Notes under the pieces: generated by a model
What the model saw: only the letters and a program-made list of their open reading frames with translations
Databases searched by the model: none
What the model was told of the DNA's origin: nothing
Origin: Monocercomonoides exilis PA203
Lineage: Eukaryota; Protista; Preaxostyla
DNA length: 64,000 bases
Assembly: GCA_001643675.2 (NCBI GenBank)
Contig: LSRY02000059.1
Span: 62,001-126,000 of the forward strand
Direction of reading: 5' to 3'
Position numbers and translations under genes: made by a program
Shown here: piece by piece, positions 20,014 to 32,441 of the stretch
How the letters are laid out: each line of letters opens with the position of its first letter
Numbering within the stretch: position 1 is the first letter of the stretch

Positions 20014-22782
20014 CTAAAAATCAAAATTCCTTTTTCGAAATGTTGACTTTGTCCTTTCTTTATAATTTAATTGATTTTTTGAAAAATCATTTTGAATATA
20101 TTTTCTTTCAAATGCTTTTCTCTCTGAATATCCTTTTCCTTTCTTGCTTTTAATCAAATCTTTATTAAATTGACCAGATTTATGAGTTCCACCATTTTTA
20201 TGATATCGCTGGAAGCTGCTTAAAGTCGAACTCGATGCTATATTTTGAACCGACTTCGAAATGCTCTGATGGAAAAATTGCTGTTTTAGTGATATTTTTG
20301 ATGAAAACTGACTATTCTTTATGCTTTCATCGACTTTTTCTTCCTTGAGATGAAATTCATCTCTAAATGAATCTGGCAAAAGAAGTTCAGGAGGAATACA
20401 TGGACTCATAGACGGTGAAGGAAGCGAAAATGAAGTTGCTGTGGAAGTTGAAGATTCATCAGTCGTAGACCTAATAATTGAAGAACGAGGCCTCTTTGTT
20501 TTATGATTGGTCTGGTCAATATTATCTTTTTTCACTGTTTTGTTTTCTTTGATATCTAATTTTGTTGTGAATGGCTGAAGAAGATTATTTTGTTTATGCG
20601 AAGCCAAAGGCATAATATCAGAGGTCAGAACTTTTCTTTTCTCATTCATTTTAAGGTTTAATGGCATAATTGATTTTTCTGTGTCAAAACTTGATAAAAT
20701 CTCATTTGTCTTAACTGGACGTGCATCCGTCTCATTACCCACTTTTTTATTAATAAGTTTTCGATTCCTTTGATCTTCAGGAGATTCTATTTCTTCGATT
20801 ATTCTAAATCTTCTCTTGCGCGTATTCACTGGAAAATCTTCTTCTTGTTCTTCAGAGCTTTCATTTTCTTCGGATTCATTTTCTTCTTTGATTCTGTCAT
20901 TGCTAGGAATTGGATAGATCTGCTCAATAATTGGCCTGATGCTCTTTTCCTTTTCTTTAAAGGCTTCAACAAATGATTTCCCTTCAGACAATATTTCCTT
21001 TTTCATTTCCGACATTTCCCCATTTTTTATAGGTGTATCATACACATTTGGCCTCTCGCCATTTAAAGAATAGAACAGAACATAAGCCTCGCTGTGGAGC
21101 ACTTTTGAGGCAGAAACAGCTCTCACGCGCGAGTCATCGGCTTCATACCAGTTGTTGTCAGGTGCCTTCACATACGCATAATAGTGCCCACTCCGCGTAG
21201 ATGGACCGTCGTGCACAACGACACCGAAGAGATTATATTGAAAGGATGAAGCGGATGCTGGCAAATGCGTCTGAGACGAAGAAGAGTCAGAAGGTTGAAC
21301 GGATTTTGAAGGAGAACGAAACGAAAGTGATGATAATTTACTTGGTGGTGGAGATGCAGTGTGTGAAAATGACATGAATGGCTGAAGATTCAAAGAGAGA
21401 GAAAATGAAATGTGCTTCTCAATCTTTTTTCCGAAACTGCGATCAGAAAAAAGGTGAAGTGAAGAGAACAGCGAATGAGACGATTGACGAGGAAAGAGGT
21501 TCATCTTTTTTACAACCCTTTCAGATCCCCTGCTGGGAGAGTGCACAATTTTCACCTTTGAAAAGCGATTTTTCGACAAATTCCTATCTTTGCTGCGTTG
21601 ATAGTAGTCTTTTCTGTTGTTCCCCCCACCAAACAACCCCATTCCACTTTTTTTGAAACGCATTAATTGTAAGACAAGAATTTGAGGCGCTTCTCTGATT
21701 GTCATTTGCTTTCTAGCACAGGACATTTTCCCGCAACTTATAATTTCACGATAATCGGGTTCAATATAAAATATTTAAGAAATAATGATTGAAAAAACCT
21801 TTCACATTTGTATTGATTATCTTCATCAAGAATTTCTGCCTTTGTATATCGAGCTAAGCATTCTTCAATTGACTTGCAGTTTGTCTATCAGAAATATTCA
21901 TACCATACTTGAAAAAATTTCCACCATTTAAAACTTCACACCAGTTCAAGAGATATGTCAAGAAATGGGTCAAATGTGTTTGATTCATGACCACATTTTG
22001 CACATCTAACCTGAGATTGAAGATATCCTCCAAATATTTGATGAATAACAGTTGTGGCTTCAACTTTAGGCGGTATTTTGACTTTTGTTTTTGGCAATAA
22101 CTTTGAATGTGCTGATTCTAAAGCACCTCTGATAAATTCATGTGCATCTTCTTGCCTTCCAAGCCTTAATCCTTTATTAAGTCTTGGAAGGTTCTTAGCA
22201 ATTATTGAAGGTTGCACACATGATCTTGCTTTATTATGCATTTTAGAGAATAATTTTTCAAATTCACAAAGAATGCAAAATGAATCGATATTACCTAAAA
22301 AAAAAAACCAAATTTCAACAAACTGAAATTATTTACACAAAATGTTAATACAAACAGCGTGAAGAATGCTCTTTTGAAAACAGCCAATTCAATAAAGGAG
22401 GAGTGTAAGCAAGGCATTGGAGAGAGGCATCCATAAAACAAGTTGCACCAAGATTCATCAATCCAGCACCTAAAGGATACTGAGACCCCCATCGGAGATA
22501 AGGCTTAAGCTTTTTTCGTTCATATAATTCTATTTCAGGAGGTAAAAACAAATTTTCATTTGGATTAAAATTTTGCTGTGACGAAAGCAAATTTGAATTT
22601 GTTGCATCCATTTCCTTTGGAACATGAGATTGTGTATTTGAAGAATCAGAAACAGTTTTTGAATGCTTTGGATTACGCAAAGATGAACTTAATTTATTTG
22701 TTTTTTCATAACTATGAGACGTTTTGTGAAGTGAATCAAATTCATGTTTGGCTGCTCGAATGCCATTTGTCAATTGTTGCAT
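20014..22782 (-). CDS. Ubiquitin-specific protease (peptidase C19), USP36/USP42-like, multi-exon
   Basis: Cys box [24 protein letters not shown]; RQEDAHEF; [33 protein letters not shown]; [12 protein letters not shown]; His box [29 protein letters not shown]; AYVLFY. Split over several ORFs by AT-rich introns; start codon uncertain. Confidence 0.92.
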
Positions 22783-22963
22783 GTTTCTTTGCTTATAGAT
22801 AAATCAGAGCCGTATTAAAACCGGCAGGTTGGAATTGATCAATAAATAAAATAATTTATATTTATATTATGGGCATGATGATAAATCACAATTAACTTGA
22901 ATTTCGTTGAGCATTCGCATAATAGTTTTTTTCATTGCATTTCACCTTAATTGCTCAATAAAA

Positions 22964-24169
22964 TCACACAATTGCAACAGCAGCATAACTTGATATGCAC
23001 AAAGTGTTGTTGTTATCCTTAAAAAAACATTTTTGAAACACAAAATCGGTTAACTCAATTTCAAAAACAATGTCATCACACCTTTAAAGCGTACATGTAA
23101 CCTTTCACACCCCATGTCTCGCCCCAAGAATTTTTCAAAATCCAATATTTTTTCTGCGTTTTTTCGTCAAATCCATATCCGACTAAAAGCATTGCATGAT
23201 TTATATTATCTGGCACACATCCTTGATCTTCATAAATTCCAGAAGAGTAAGAACGAAACTTATAGCCTCCTGACATTACGCCAACACCAACAGGACCATG
23301 TTCAACAAGTGCAACAGCTAAATCATATTCACTTCCCTCATTAATTGTACGATAATCCTTAATTTTTGTTAAATGAGAACATTCTTTCATCACTTTTGGT
23401 GAAGGACATTTTAACAGCTGATCTTTATATGGATAACAACTTTCATCCATCAGACCGTCAGAATGGAGAGTATAATTGAACGAGTTAAACATATCTCCAC
23501 CTTTACAGCCTTCATTTTCTAATTTAAAAGTTGTTACAAAAGAAAATTTATTTGAAACACTTACAAATCACACGAAAATCAGATGAGCAATCAATAATTT
23601 GTTGAGCTGACAATTGATTTGCAACTCCATTAGCTTTGAAAATAGCACCTTCTATAGATCCTGCAGAAGTGAATGCATAACAAGAGCCACATGCTCTAAT
23701 TATAAACATTGTTACAAACAGAGCAAAACAAAAAGTCAAGCACAAAAATTTTTATAAAACATTCATATTAAATATCAAAAGATAAAATATTTAACCTTTG
23801 TCTCCTAACAGGTGATACATAACCTTCTTTCCTATAATCGATAGAATCAGGAAGTTCAAATGGTATGAAATCAGTTTTTATTCCAGTATTTCTTTTACGG
23901 TATTTTTTGGTCTTCAAAGTCAAAAAACGTCTTGAAAACTCTTCTTCAGACAAATCTGAAAATTCATTTAATGAAACTTCGAAAGGTAAATCTCCATTAT
24001 TGTGTGACTCAACAAAGTTATAAGTTTTTTTCCATTGCATAAAAGATGAATAATTAAAATCGTTTGAGCTTTTTCCATGAAATTTATAATTCCATTTGTT
24101 ATACTTGGTTATTAATTGATGATCATTTAAAGCATGAATAAATTGAATAACCAATAAACTTATGAACAT
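22964..24169 (-). CDS. Papain-family (C1A) cathepsin L-like cysteine protease, multi-exon
   Basis: Signal peptide MFISLLVIQFIHA; prodomain SLNEFSDLS; LPDSIDYR...VSPVRRQ; catalytic CGSCYAF; LSAQQIIDCS; INHAMLLVGYG; YWILKNSWG; last exon DNNNTLCISSYAAVAIV*. Confidence 0.93.
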
Positions 24170-24340
24170 AATAAAACATAATAATATTAAGGTATTTCAT
24201 ATTATAAAATAATTGAGTAATAAAAAAAAATTTCTTTTTTCTGAAAAACATTGTTGCCATTTTTCTAACACAAAAAATAAGCTCTTGCAAATAAGCACAA
24301 AACACAATTAATTATAAACGAAATTATTGAACCTCTCAAA

Positions 24341-27300
24341 ATGTCCCACGAGAAAGTTAAGAATTTTTAATTTTTTCATTTTTTTTTTCTTTTAATATGT
24401 TATGAATAACATTGCAAACTTCTAGACAGCTACAGAAATTATGTTGGAAAAATTTAGGCAGAGAGTTCTTCAGACTAATACAGAGCTTCCAGTGACATTT
24501 CCTCAAACAGCTTCAGAGGTTTATTCTTTAATTTTGAATTCATATACATGACATCTACATTGTGACAAATTTAAATATGCATATTTGTTTTTTATATTTA
24601 AGCTTTCACCTTTTATCCCCTTATCTTCATTGGGGTATTCGAAAGAGTCTGTATTTCGAGATAAAGATAGAGCTCAAAGGCAAATATCAGCCATACACGA
24701 ACAGCAAATACATGAGAATGACAAATTACAAAATAGAAAATTCAGAGTTGACCCTATACGAAAAACAAGAACGAATGGAAGCTCGAGGCTGTGCTCAATA
24801 CAGAATAAGAACGAGTATTTTCTAACATTTTCAAATTACGAGGGAAACAATCACCAAGAGACGAAAATTGAAAGCGGATTCGTTCCTCAGGGTATTTCGA
24901 TTCCTTCAAGTACGACTTCATCTTCAATCGCAATGATTGCTCCAACTTCAACAAATCGTTCATCATCTTCATCGTCATGTACACCTCCGCCTTCACCTTC
25001 GACTCCTGGAGGAAATGATCCAGAAGAAGAGGCATATAAACTAATGCAACTGGTCGATGAGAAAAATCAAGGAGTTTATAGGGAATCATTTAGAGAGTCT
25101 GCATATAAAAATTCAAATAAAAATATGAGTGGAAAGCAATATTTGTCAAACAAATCACTTTCATCTTCTGTTAAGCTGGACGCAACTTCATCAACAAATC
25201 AGCAACATGATTCACTTTCGCAAGCCAACAAAAAACATTTTGCGTTTTTGTATCCGTTTTCTCAAATTGCACGAGGCAGATCTCTTTCTCACAGTATTTG
25301 CCATTCTCATTTTTATTCTTCTTTTTCATATCTTTTTTTATTGCTTTTGATTTTTTCATCCTTAAAAATTCCCAATCTGATCATTTCATTTCTTCCTGTT
25401 TTTCTTTCACTCTGCAGGTTTGACTAAAGTGCCAAGCGAACATAGTGATGAACCAGACAGCCAGTATTGTATCACTTCTTCTGTGTCAATTCCCCGTCCG
25501 CATGTTCTGCTGCCTTCAAATCCAAAATCTTCGTCTGCTCATTCCGCCCTCCGCCGCCGCTCAGCCACGCCATCGACTGTCCCTTCTTCCAACATCGTCA
25601 TCACCAACCCTCCGTCAAAGCGGTCTCTTTCTGATCTTCTTTCGCAGGAGAAGTTGGACATCTCGTCGTCGCTTTCTCTTTCTTCTTCTGTTTCCATTCC
25701 GCTGTTCGGAGCATACAACAGGCGGCAGTGGTCTCTCTCGCGCATCATCCAGGGCACACCACCACCGAATCCGCCAGCCCCACCTCCAGCGCCTGGGATG
25801 AAGAGAGCGTCGAGTGCAGCACACGCAACAAGAGAAAGGCGAACAGAAGCTGGCAGCGTCTGTGCAGATGCAGCAAACGAGCAGAGAAGAAGGCAGAATG
25901 AGCGCCGTCCCCACACTTCAGCATCAGAGACACGGGCAGGACAAAGTGTGAGAAGGACGAAGAATTCTATTCCTTTTCCCTCGTTCATTTCACTCCACTC
26001 AACACTCACACCTTCTCCCTCTCCGCAATCTCTCGATGAGCTTGTTCCGCTGGACACTCAGCTGCCTCCTTCTTCGACAACAAACCTCTCTTCTCTCTTT
26101 GCACATACACCAACTCCTTCCTCCACACCACTGTCTCCGTTGCTCGATACAACAGGGTTCTCCTCAACATCCCTTTCGCCATCACCTTCTCCTTCCAGAT
26201 CTCTCTCTTGCCATTCCTCCTTGTCACCTCCTCTTTCACACTCTTCTTCTCCGACTCATCCTTCGACTCAGCCTTCTTCTCAGTCTCAATCACGTGCATC
26301 TCTTTCAAAGGCTGAACTGTCTCCTTATCCAACACCGCCACCTCCATCGCTTCTCAATCATCGCTCTTCCCACCGCCCAGCCAGCGCCAATCCTCTTGTT
26401 GCTCGGCGCTCTCTCGAAATCGACAAAGCAGAAATCGAAGAGATGTCACAAAAGGCAGACAGCGCTGCACAACAAGTGACACACGCGAGGCCAGCGACAA
26501 GCGGCGGAGGAAGACAAGGCTCTGCTTTGTGGATGTCAGAAGAGAAGAAGCTGCGCTTTGCACAGAAAAAGAAGGAAAGAGACGAAAGGAGGAGTGCTGT
26601 GACTGATCTGCTCAGAAGAGGCTATCTGCTGAAGGAAGGGAACTTTGAGAAGGAGAAGGAGAAGGAGAGAATTCGGAATGCCCGAGTCAAGAAAGACATC
26701 ATAGATAGGCAAGATGAAGAAGCATTTGAAAGAGAATTGGCAACACGATTGGAAGAAGAGTTTGGGCAAACGCAGAGTTTGGCCTCGTCTTATGACAACT
26801 TTGACTCTCAATTGCAGTCATCTCCACAGACAAACACGCCGCCCACACCTGATTCATCTCCCGTCACACTCACACAGAGCCATCTCTTTCTCATCCCGTC
26901 GACTCCAACAGAACTGCAAACGATTAGTTCGCTGCTTCAGACACGGCAAATCAACATGCCTCGACAATCTTCTCGAAAAGGTGACATGTTCAGTCGCACG
27001 TTGGATGGCAAAGACGAAAGAGGTACAATCAACGACGAGAAAGCTGATGCAAACAAAGACGAATGGATTGGGAATGAGAAGCATTTTGTTCCTCCTTCGG
27101 CTTCTTCCGTGTCACTTGCACCATTCAAACGAGAGCAGTTTGAAAGAAGTGCATCTGAAGAGCACTCAGAGCAATACGGCACGAAAGATTCAGATGTCCA
27201 CACTCCGCCTCAATCGCAGTCGCCAGCACTCCACTCCAAAATATCAACACCTGTGAAGCCCCAACGAACAGCCTCGCGTCCCTCTTCGGCTGTTCCCTCG

Positions 27301-29469
27301 ACTCCTCAGCGGCAGCCTCCCAATCAGCAGCAGGCAGAAGCAGTTGACTTGTTAATGACACACTCTCCAGTGTCTCTCCATCCGCGTTACATTTACCCAC
27401 TTTCTGCTGAAGACACACTCGCAACATACCAAGCAAACGAAGGCGAAGAGCCGCTGTTTATTTCTCCTACTGTCTCTTATCCGCGCCCTTCTTCAGGAAA
27501 CCCTGCAGCCAAACTGATTCCGTCGCAGGAGACGCTGATACACCCGTATTTATTCATGACAGACACAGAAAAACTTCAAATGAAAAAGAAAGTGTGGCAC
27601 TCAGCAGTCGAAGACATCTCAACGAGCTATCAAAAGAAGACACCTCAAATTGACAAGACGGAGACATTCACTAACAAAACCGAGTTTGTTGAAGGCAACT
27701 CAACAGAAGAAGTCAAAGAACGCCAACTTTCTCAACCGCATTCTCACAGCGAGGTTTCATTGTCTTTGTCAGAAGACCAGACGACGCTGACTATTTCGTC
27801 GATTGACGCAGACTCTTTGAACAGGCGCGGTGCTTGGGGCATCAGGACAAATGCAACAGACACACTGCGGCCGAGCTCATCTGATTCTGCCTTGCGAAGA
27901 TCTTCTGCTGCAAATGGAAATGTCTCAAATGCAGCAGCACTTTCCTCATCAGTGGCATCAAAAGGAGCAGCAGCGCGTCTCTCTCTGAATGCAGGTGGAG
28001 GACTGCTGAGCACAAAAATGCCCATCGGAGACAGCTTCCGTGTGATGCAGCCGCCAACCGAGTTTCTCGACTCTCCACCGAATTTCAAAGTGCACAAGCC
28101 ACGCAAAAGAGACCGCCCTTCGTCTGCTGCACCTTCCGTAGAGACAAAAGTCAGAAAATTCACTCCACAAAAGACACGCCCTTATTCTGCTATGAGCAAC
28201 CAGATTGCACCATTAGCAGCGCCTACCTCTTCTGTCTCACATGCAACTGAACAACATACTTCAGTTCAATTCGAAGAATCGCCTTCTTCTTCAACTCCTG
28301 CATCATCGCCCTTGCTGCTTGCCTCTTATTCTGCATCTTCAGAAAGCAGTCCTTCAGAAATTGAAGATCTGTTTCCGCAGCCGGAAAAATCAGAGTCGCC
28401 AGCATTTGAGCAAGCAAAAACAGTCAGTCAGCCAACAGCAGAAACAAGTGAAAGCACAGCTCTTTCAACAGATGAGCCAACACCATCTCCATCAAATGAA
28501 CAACCAGGCAAAACAGACAACACAAAAGCACCCCAAAACGAAAAGACTCCTTCTGCTGTCATTTCTCCTGTTGCAGTTGTTGCAACACGCCCGCCAATTC
28601 ACAGAAATTTGGGGATGCTGTTTGTTGAAAGCGACATGTGGAGGAACAGCGATACCCAAATCATTCATGACAATCCAGATGAAAAAGAGACAGCAGACAT
28701 TTCAGAAGACCAAACGCAGCTCGAAGAAGGAGAATTCAACAGAAAGAATGGCGAATCAATTGAACCAAAAGAAGTCACACAGACAATTGACGCATGGACA
28801 GTTAGTTCAAAACCAACCAGAAATATGAACGAATCAATGCTAAGTCAGACATTTCAACCCGAACCTTCCACTTCTCCTTCTTTTTCGGCTGAAGAACCCA
28901 GACATCCTGCTCAAGTCTGTCTTTCATGCTCATCGAAGCCTTTATGCGAATCAACACACGCAGCAACCATCTTACAGCTGAAGGACCAACTCGCAGCAAC
29001 ATACAACTCTCCACCACAATTCCAAAAGAGGAAGAAAAAAAAGAAGCAGCCATTTCCATTTGGCACTAAACAAAGACGCCCTGCATCATCTCTTTCACTG
29101 TCAACTTATTCACTATCGCCCACTCAGACACGTTCATCGTCATCTGAGAAGAGACCCCAGACGCAGGCATCCAAGAAAAGATCAACCAAATCACCTTCTT
29201 TTTCACCTCTCCCAATCACTTCAACAAGCATCACATTCATTCCACCAACATCTCAGATATCTTTTCGCAGCACACGAAAATCATTCGATTCATCTCAAAT
29301 TATTCCTCCTTCCCCAAACATTCGCCCTCCTTCTGCAACGGGTGATCTTCCTGCTTCTTCCATGTCACGCCCTTCAACTGCTTCTTCTCTCTCCAGACCC
29401 GATCGCCCTCTTTCTTCAAAGGTTCGAGCTTCTATTTCCACGCTTCAATATTCTCCAAAGCAAAGTTAA
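24341..29469 (+). CDS. Large Ser/Pro-rich hypothetical protein, multi-exon
   Basis: ATG at 24341; short exons bounded by GT..AG (24426-24518, from ~24603); acceptor CTGCAG at 25418 precedes the 1349-aa ORF. Recurrent RPxSA-type motifs and a short charged coiled segment; no recognisable domain. Confidence 0.72.
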
Positions 29470-29605
29470 TTTTTCTGAAACTTATGAGTTTTTTTTTATC
29501 TTTTTGTTTGATCAATTCTCAATGATAAGCAATTGTTATATTTTGCAATTTCACTACTTTAGATGATTTCAGTTATTTTATTTAAAAACATGTAAATATG
29601 TATGT

Positions 29606-30166
29606 TTAACTATTTTTTGAAATTGTTTGGATATGAAAAATAGAAATTATCAGCACAAATGCTAAAATACATCCAAAAAACGTAATATGCGGAAGCGCAG
29701 AAATTTGTCGAGAATTTTTCAGCAGTTTACTAAATTGTTCAGCACAAAAATCAATTGCTTCAGTTGAGCATTTTTTAGATTGAAGCTTTCGAATAGCATT
29801 CAGTTTAACTGTAATAGCTTTCCTTAAAGTATTGTTTACCTTAATTTCTCCGTTCAATGAAGATAATATTTGTTGATTAATTTTTAATTCATGAAGATTC
29901 CTCTTTTGACTGGTAATTCTTAGCAATGTAGAGAGAATATCAACTGACTGCTTAATTTCAGCATCAGAAAATGTAATATCACTCATCTCGAGCATTGAAA
30001 TAAACAAAGAAATATCGATTCTATGAGAAGCAACTTTTCCTTTCACGTCAACTCCTCTTTTCGAAGCTTTTCGTCTATATTGAACTTGAAGATATCTCGG
30101 CCTCAATTTTGCAATTGCAAGTCTTCCATCCTTTCTGTAGCAATTTGTTACTTTGCTATTATTCAT
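29606..30166 (-). CDS. Hypothetical basic 186-aa protein with a C-terminal hydrophobic (tail-anchor-like) helix
   Basis: Intronless ATG-to-stop ORF in AT-rich DNA; C-terminal ITFFGCILAFVLIISIFHI. Confidence 0.65.
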   Translation of the reverse strand: MNNSKVTNCYRKDGRLAIAKLRPRYLQVQYRRKASKRGVDVKGKVASHRIDISLFISMLEMSDITFSDAEIKQSVDILSTLLRITSQKRNLHELKINQQILSSLNGEIKVNNTLRKAITVKLNAIRKLQSKKCSTEAIDFCAEQFSKLLKNSRQISALPHITFFGCILAFVLIISIFHIQTISKNS

Positions 30167-30468
30167 TCACTCAACTCTTTTTTATCATAGATTCATCTTT
30201 TCCAGATTATTGATATTTAGTTAAGGGGCGCACATTGATTTTTTCTCATTTTTTGATAACAAATAACAATCTTGTGAGATAAATGAATAAATTTTGTCAT
30301 AATAATCAACAACTTCAAATAAAATGTCAAAAAAATCACTTATGCAAGAATAATGCAAAATACTTTTTACAGGTTACAGGTCAACAATTAGAAATACAAA
30401 TTCATAGGATCTTGAATAGTTTAAATAACTGTGTAATGAAATTTATACAACTCAAATATTACAATTGC

Positions 30469-32018
30469 TTAGACAGTTCTATGGTGGCAGTTGCAAGCAC
30501 CCATGCATCCTTTTGAAGCATGGAAAGATGGATCAAGGCACATTGATTTGATCAAATCATCAGTGTAAATTGTTTCTCCCTCTTTTTTGCCCTGTTCCTT
30601 CATCATTTGGGCATATTTCTCATCCCATGGGAATATGTACTGGGTCAAGCCAGTTTCCTCCCTCATCACGTCGAATGTGTGTGCAATTGGTCCTTCAATC
30701 ACAACACCGCCCTGTTCCAGCTGGTGATGATATGCTTCAAATTCTTTTTCACCGGCAGTGTAAATGCGTGTGGCTCTGGATTAAAAGAAAAATTAATCAT
30801 TAATATAAAAACGAAAACGGTTAGTGACTTAACAAACCCTTCAGCCAATTTAGCTGTTCTCAGTTCTCTCATGATATCTCCAGTGTTCTTTTTGAAGGTA
30901 GCCAAGTCTGTGAATGCAGACACGTCAGCAGCAAAGAAGAAGTGGCCCAACTCAATTGGTCCCGCGGAACCATCGGCCTTCTTTCCGTAGCAGGCTCTTA
31001 GGAAGTTGGCTGATGACAAAGCAGCAGAAAGAACTTCCACCACAGTAGCATAGCCATATCCTTTGTATCCAGCTGTCTCTTCTCCAATTCCTCCGAGAGG
31101 AGCCATAGCTGCTTCTCCCTTTGTGAGCATCTGAAGAACAGCATCTGGATCTGTAGCTGGCTTTCCATGTGAGTCAATAACCCATCCTGAAGGAAGTGTC
31201 AGTCCATCTCTTGCATATTGCTCCACTCTTCCACGTTGAGCAATTGAAGTTGCGCAATCAAGATTGAAAGCAAACTCTGTTCAAATTCAAGAATGAGAAA
31301 TGAAGGAGCAATTAGATAAGATAAAATTATATAAAAAACATACTCTCATCTGAAGGGAAAGCAAAGCAAAGTGGATTTGTTCCAAGCATATTTTCAACTG
31401 CAAATGTTGGTGCAATTGATGGACGAGCATTGGTACCACACATACCAATGCATCCTTGATCAGCTGCCATGGATGAATAATATCCAGCAATACCATTGTG
31501 AGTACTGTTTCTCACAACAACCATTCCCAATCCATTTTTCTTTGGGGAAAAAAAAATCAATTTTATAAACAATTGATTTATTGTTTCAAACCTTTGCTTT
31601 ATCAATTGCCATCTGCATTGCACGTTTTGAAACAACATGTCCAAGACTGTTATGTCCATCAATAACAGCAGTTGTTGGAGTTTCTTTTTCAATAGTAATT
31701 TCAACTTTTGTGTTTAAAATTCCTTTCTAAAATTACAATATGACAATTTCCACAAAGAAAACGATTGTGTCAAACCTTGATACGATCATAATAAATAGGC
31801 TTGCATCTGCCAACTCCATGAGTATCGTGACCACGTTTGTCGCTTTCAACAAGAACATCAGCAGTAATTGCAGCGTCCTCTGGAGCAACACCAACTTTCA
31901 CCAGAACATCGCGCATAAAGTTCTCAGCTAATTCAAATGGACAAATATGCTTTGCCTACATTAAAATTAAATCAATTAAAACACAAAATATACTCGAATA
32001 AAAAAAGTTTAATACCAT
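30469..32018 (-). CDS. Type 2 malate/L-lactate dehydrogenase family (Ldh_2) oxidoreductase, about 5 introns
   Basis: M|AKHICPF...ESDKRGHDTHGVGRCKPIYYDRIK; TAVIDGHNSLGH; VRNSTHNGIAGYY; GTNARPSIAP; LGTNPLCFAFP; GYKGYG. Introns at 31956-32015, 31727-31775, ~31540-31591, ~31280-31342 and ~30777-30836. Confidence 0.92.
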
Positions 32019-32441
32019 GTCAGTTCAATAGATTTGATCAAACATAACATTTAAACTTTGTCAACAATAAAATAATGATAAAATATTTCGAATTTGAAAT
32101 TCAAAAATTGTTAGATTTCAATGGTTTTCTATAAACATTGAAAATTTCAAAAATATTCAAAAATATCATATATAACAAAAATTTTAATATCCATAATGAA
32201 AATTTGAAATTTGAAATAATTTTAAGCTTTTATTTGAAAAATGTCTGTATCTCGTATGATAATAAAATTATATATTTATTTTTAATATGATTTAACATTT
32301 TTTGATTCGTTTTATTTTCGCAATTTTTTCTCGATTTGAAAACAATGAATTTTAATAAATATAAAATCAATGAACAACCCACTTGAAATGAAAATATATC
32401 TCTTCGTAAATATAATCTAAATAACATTTGCTTCATTCATC

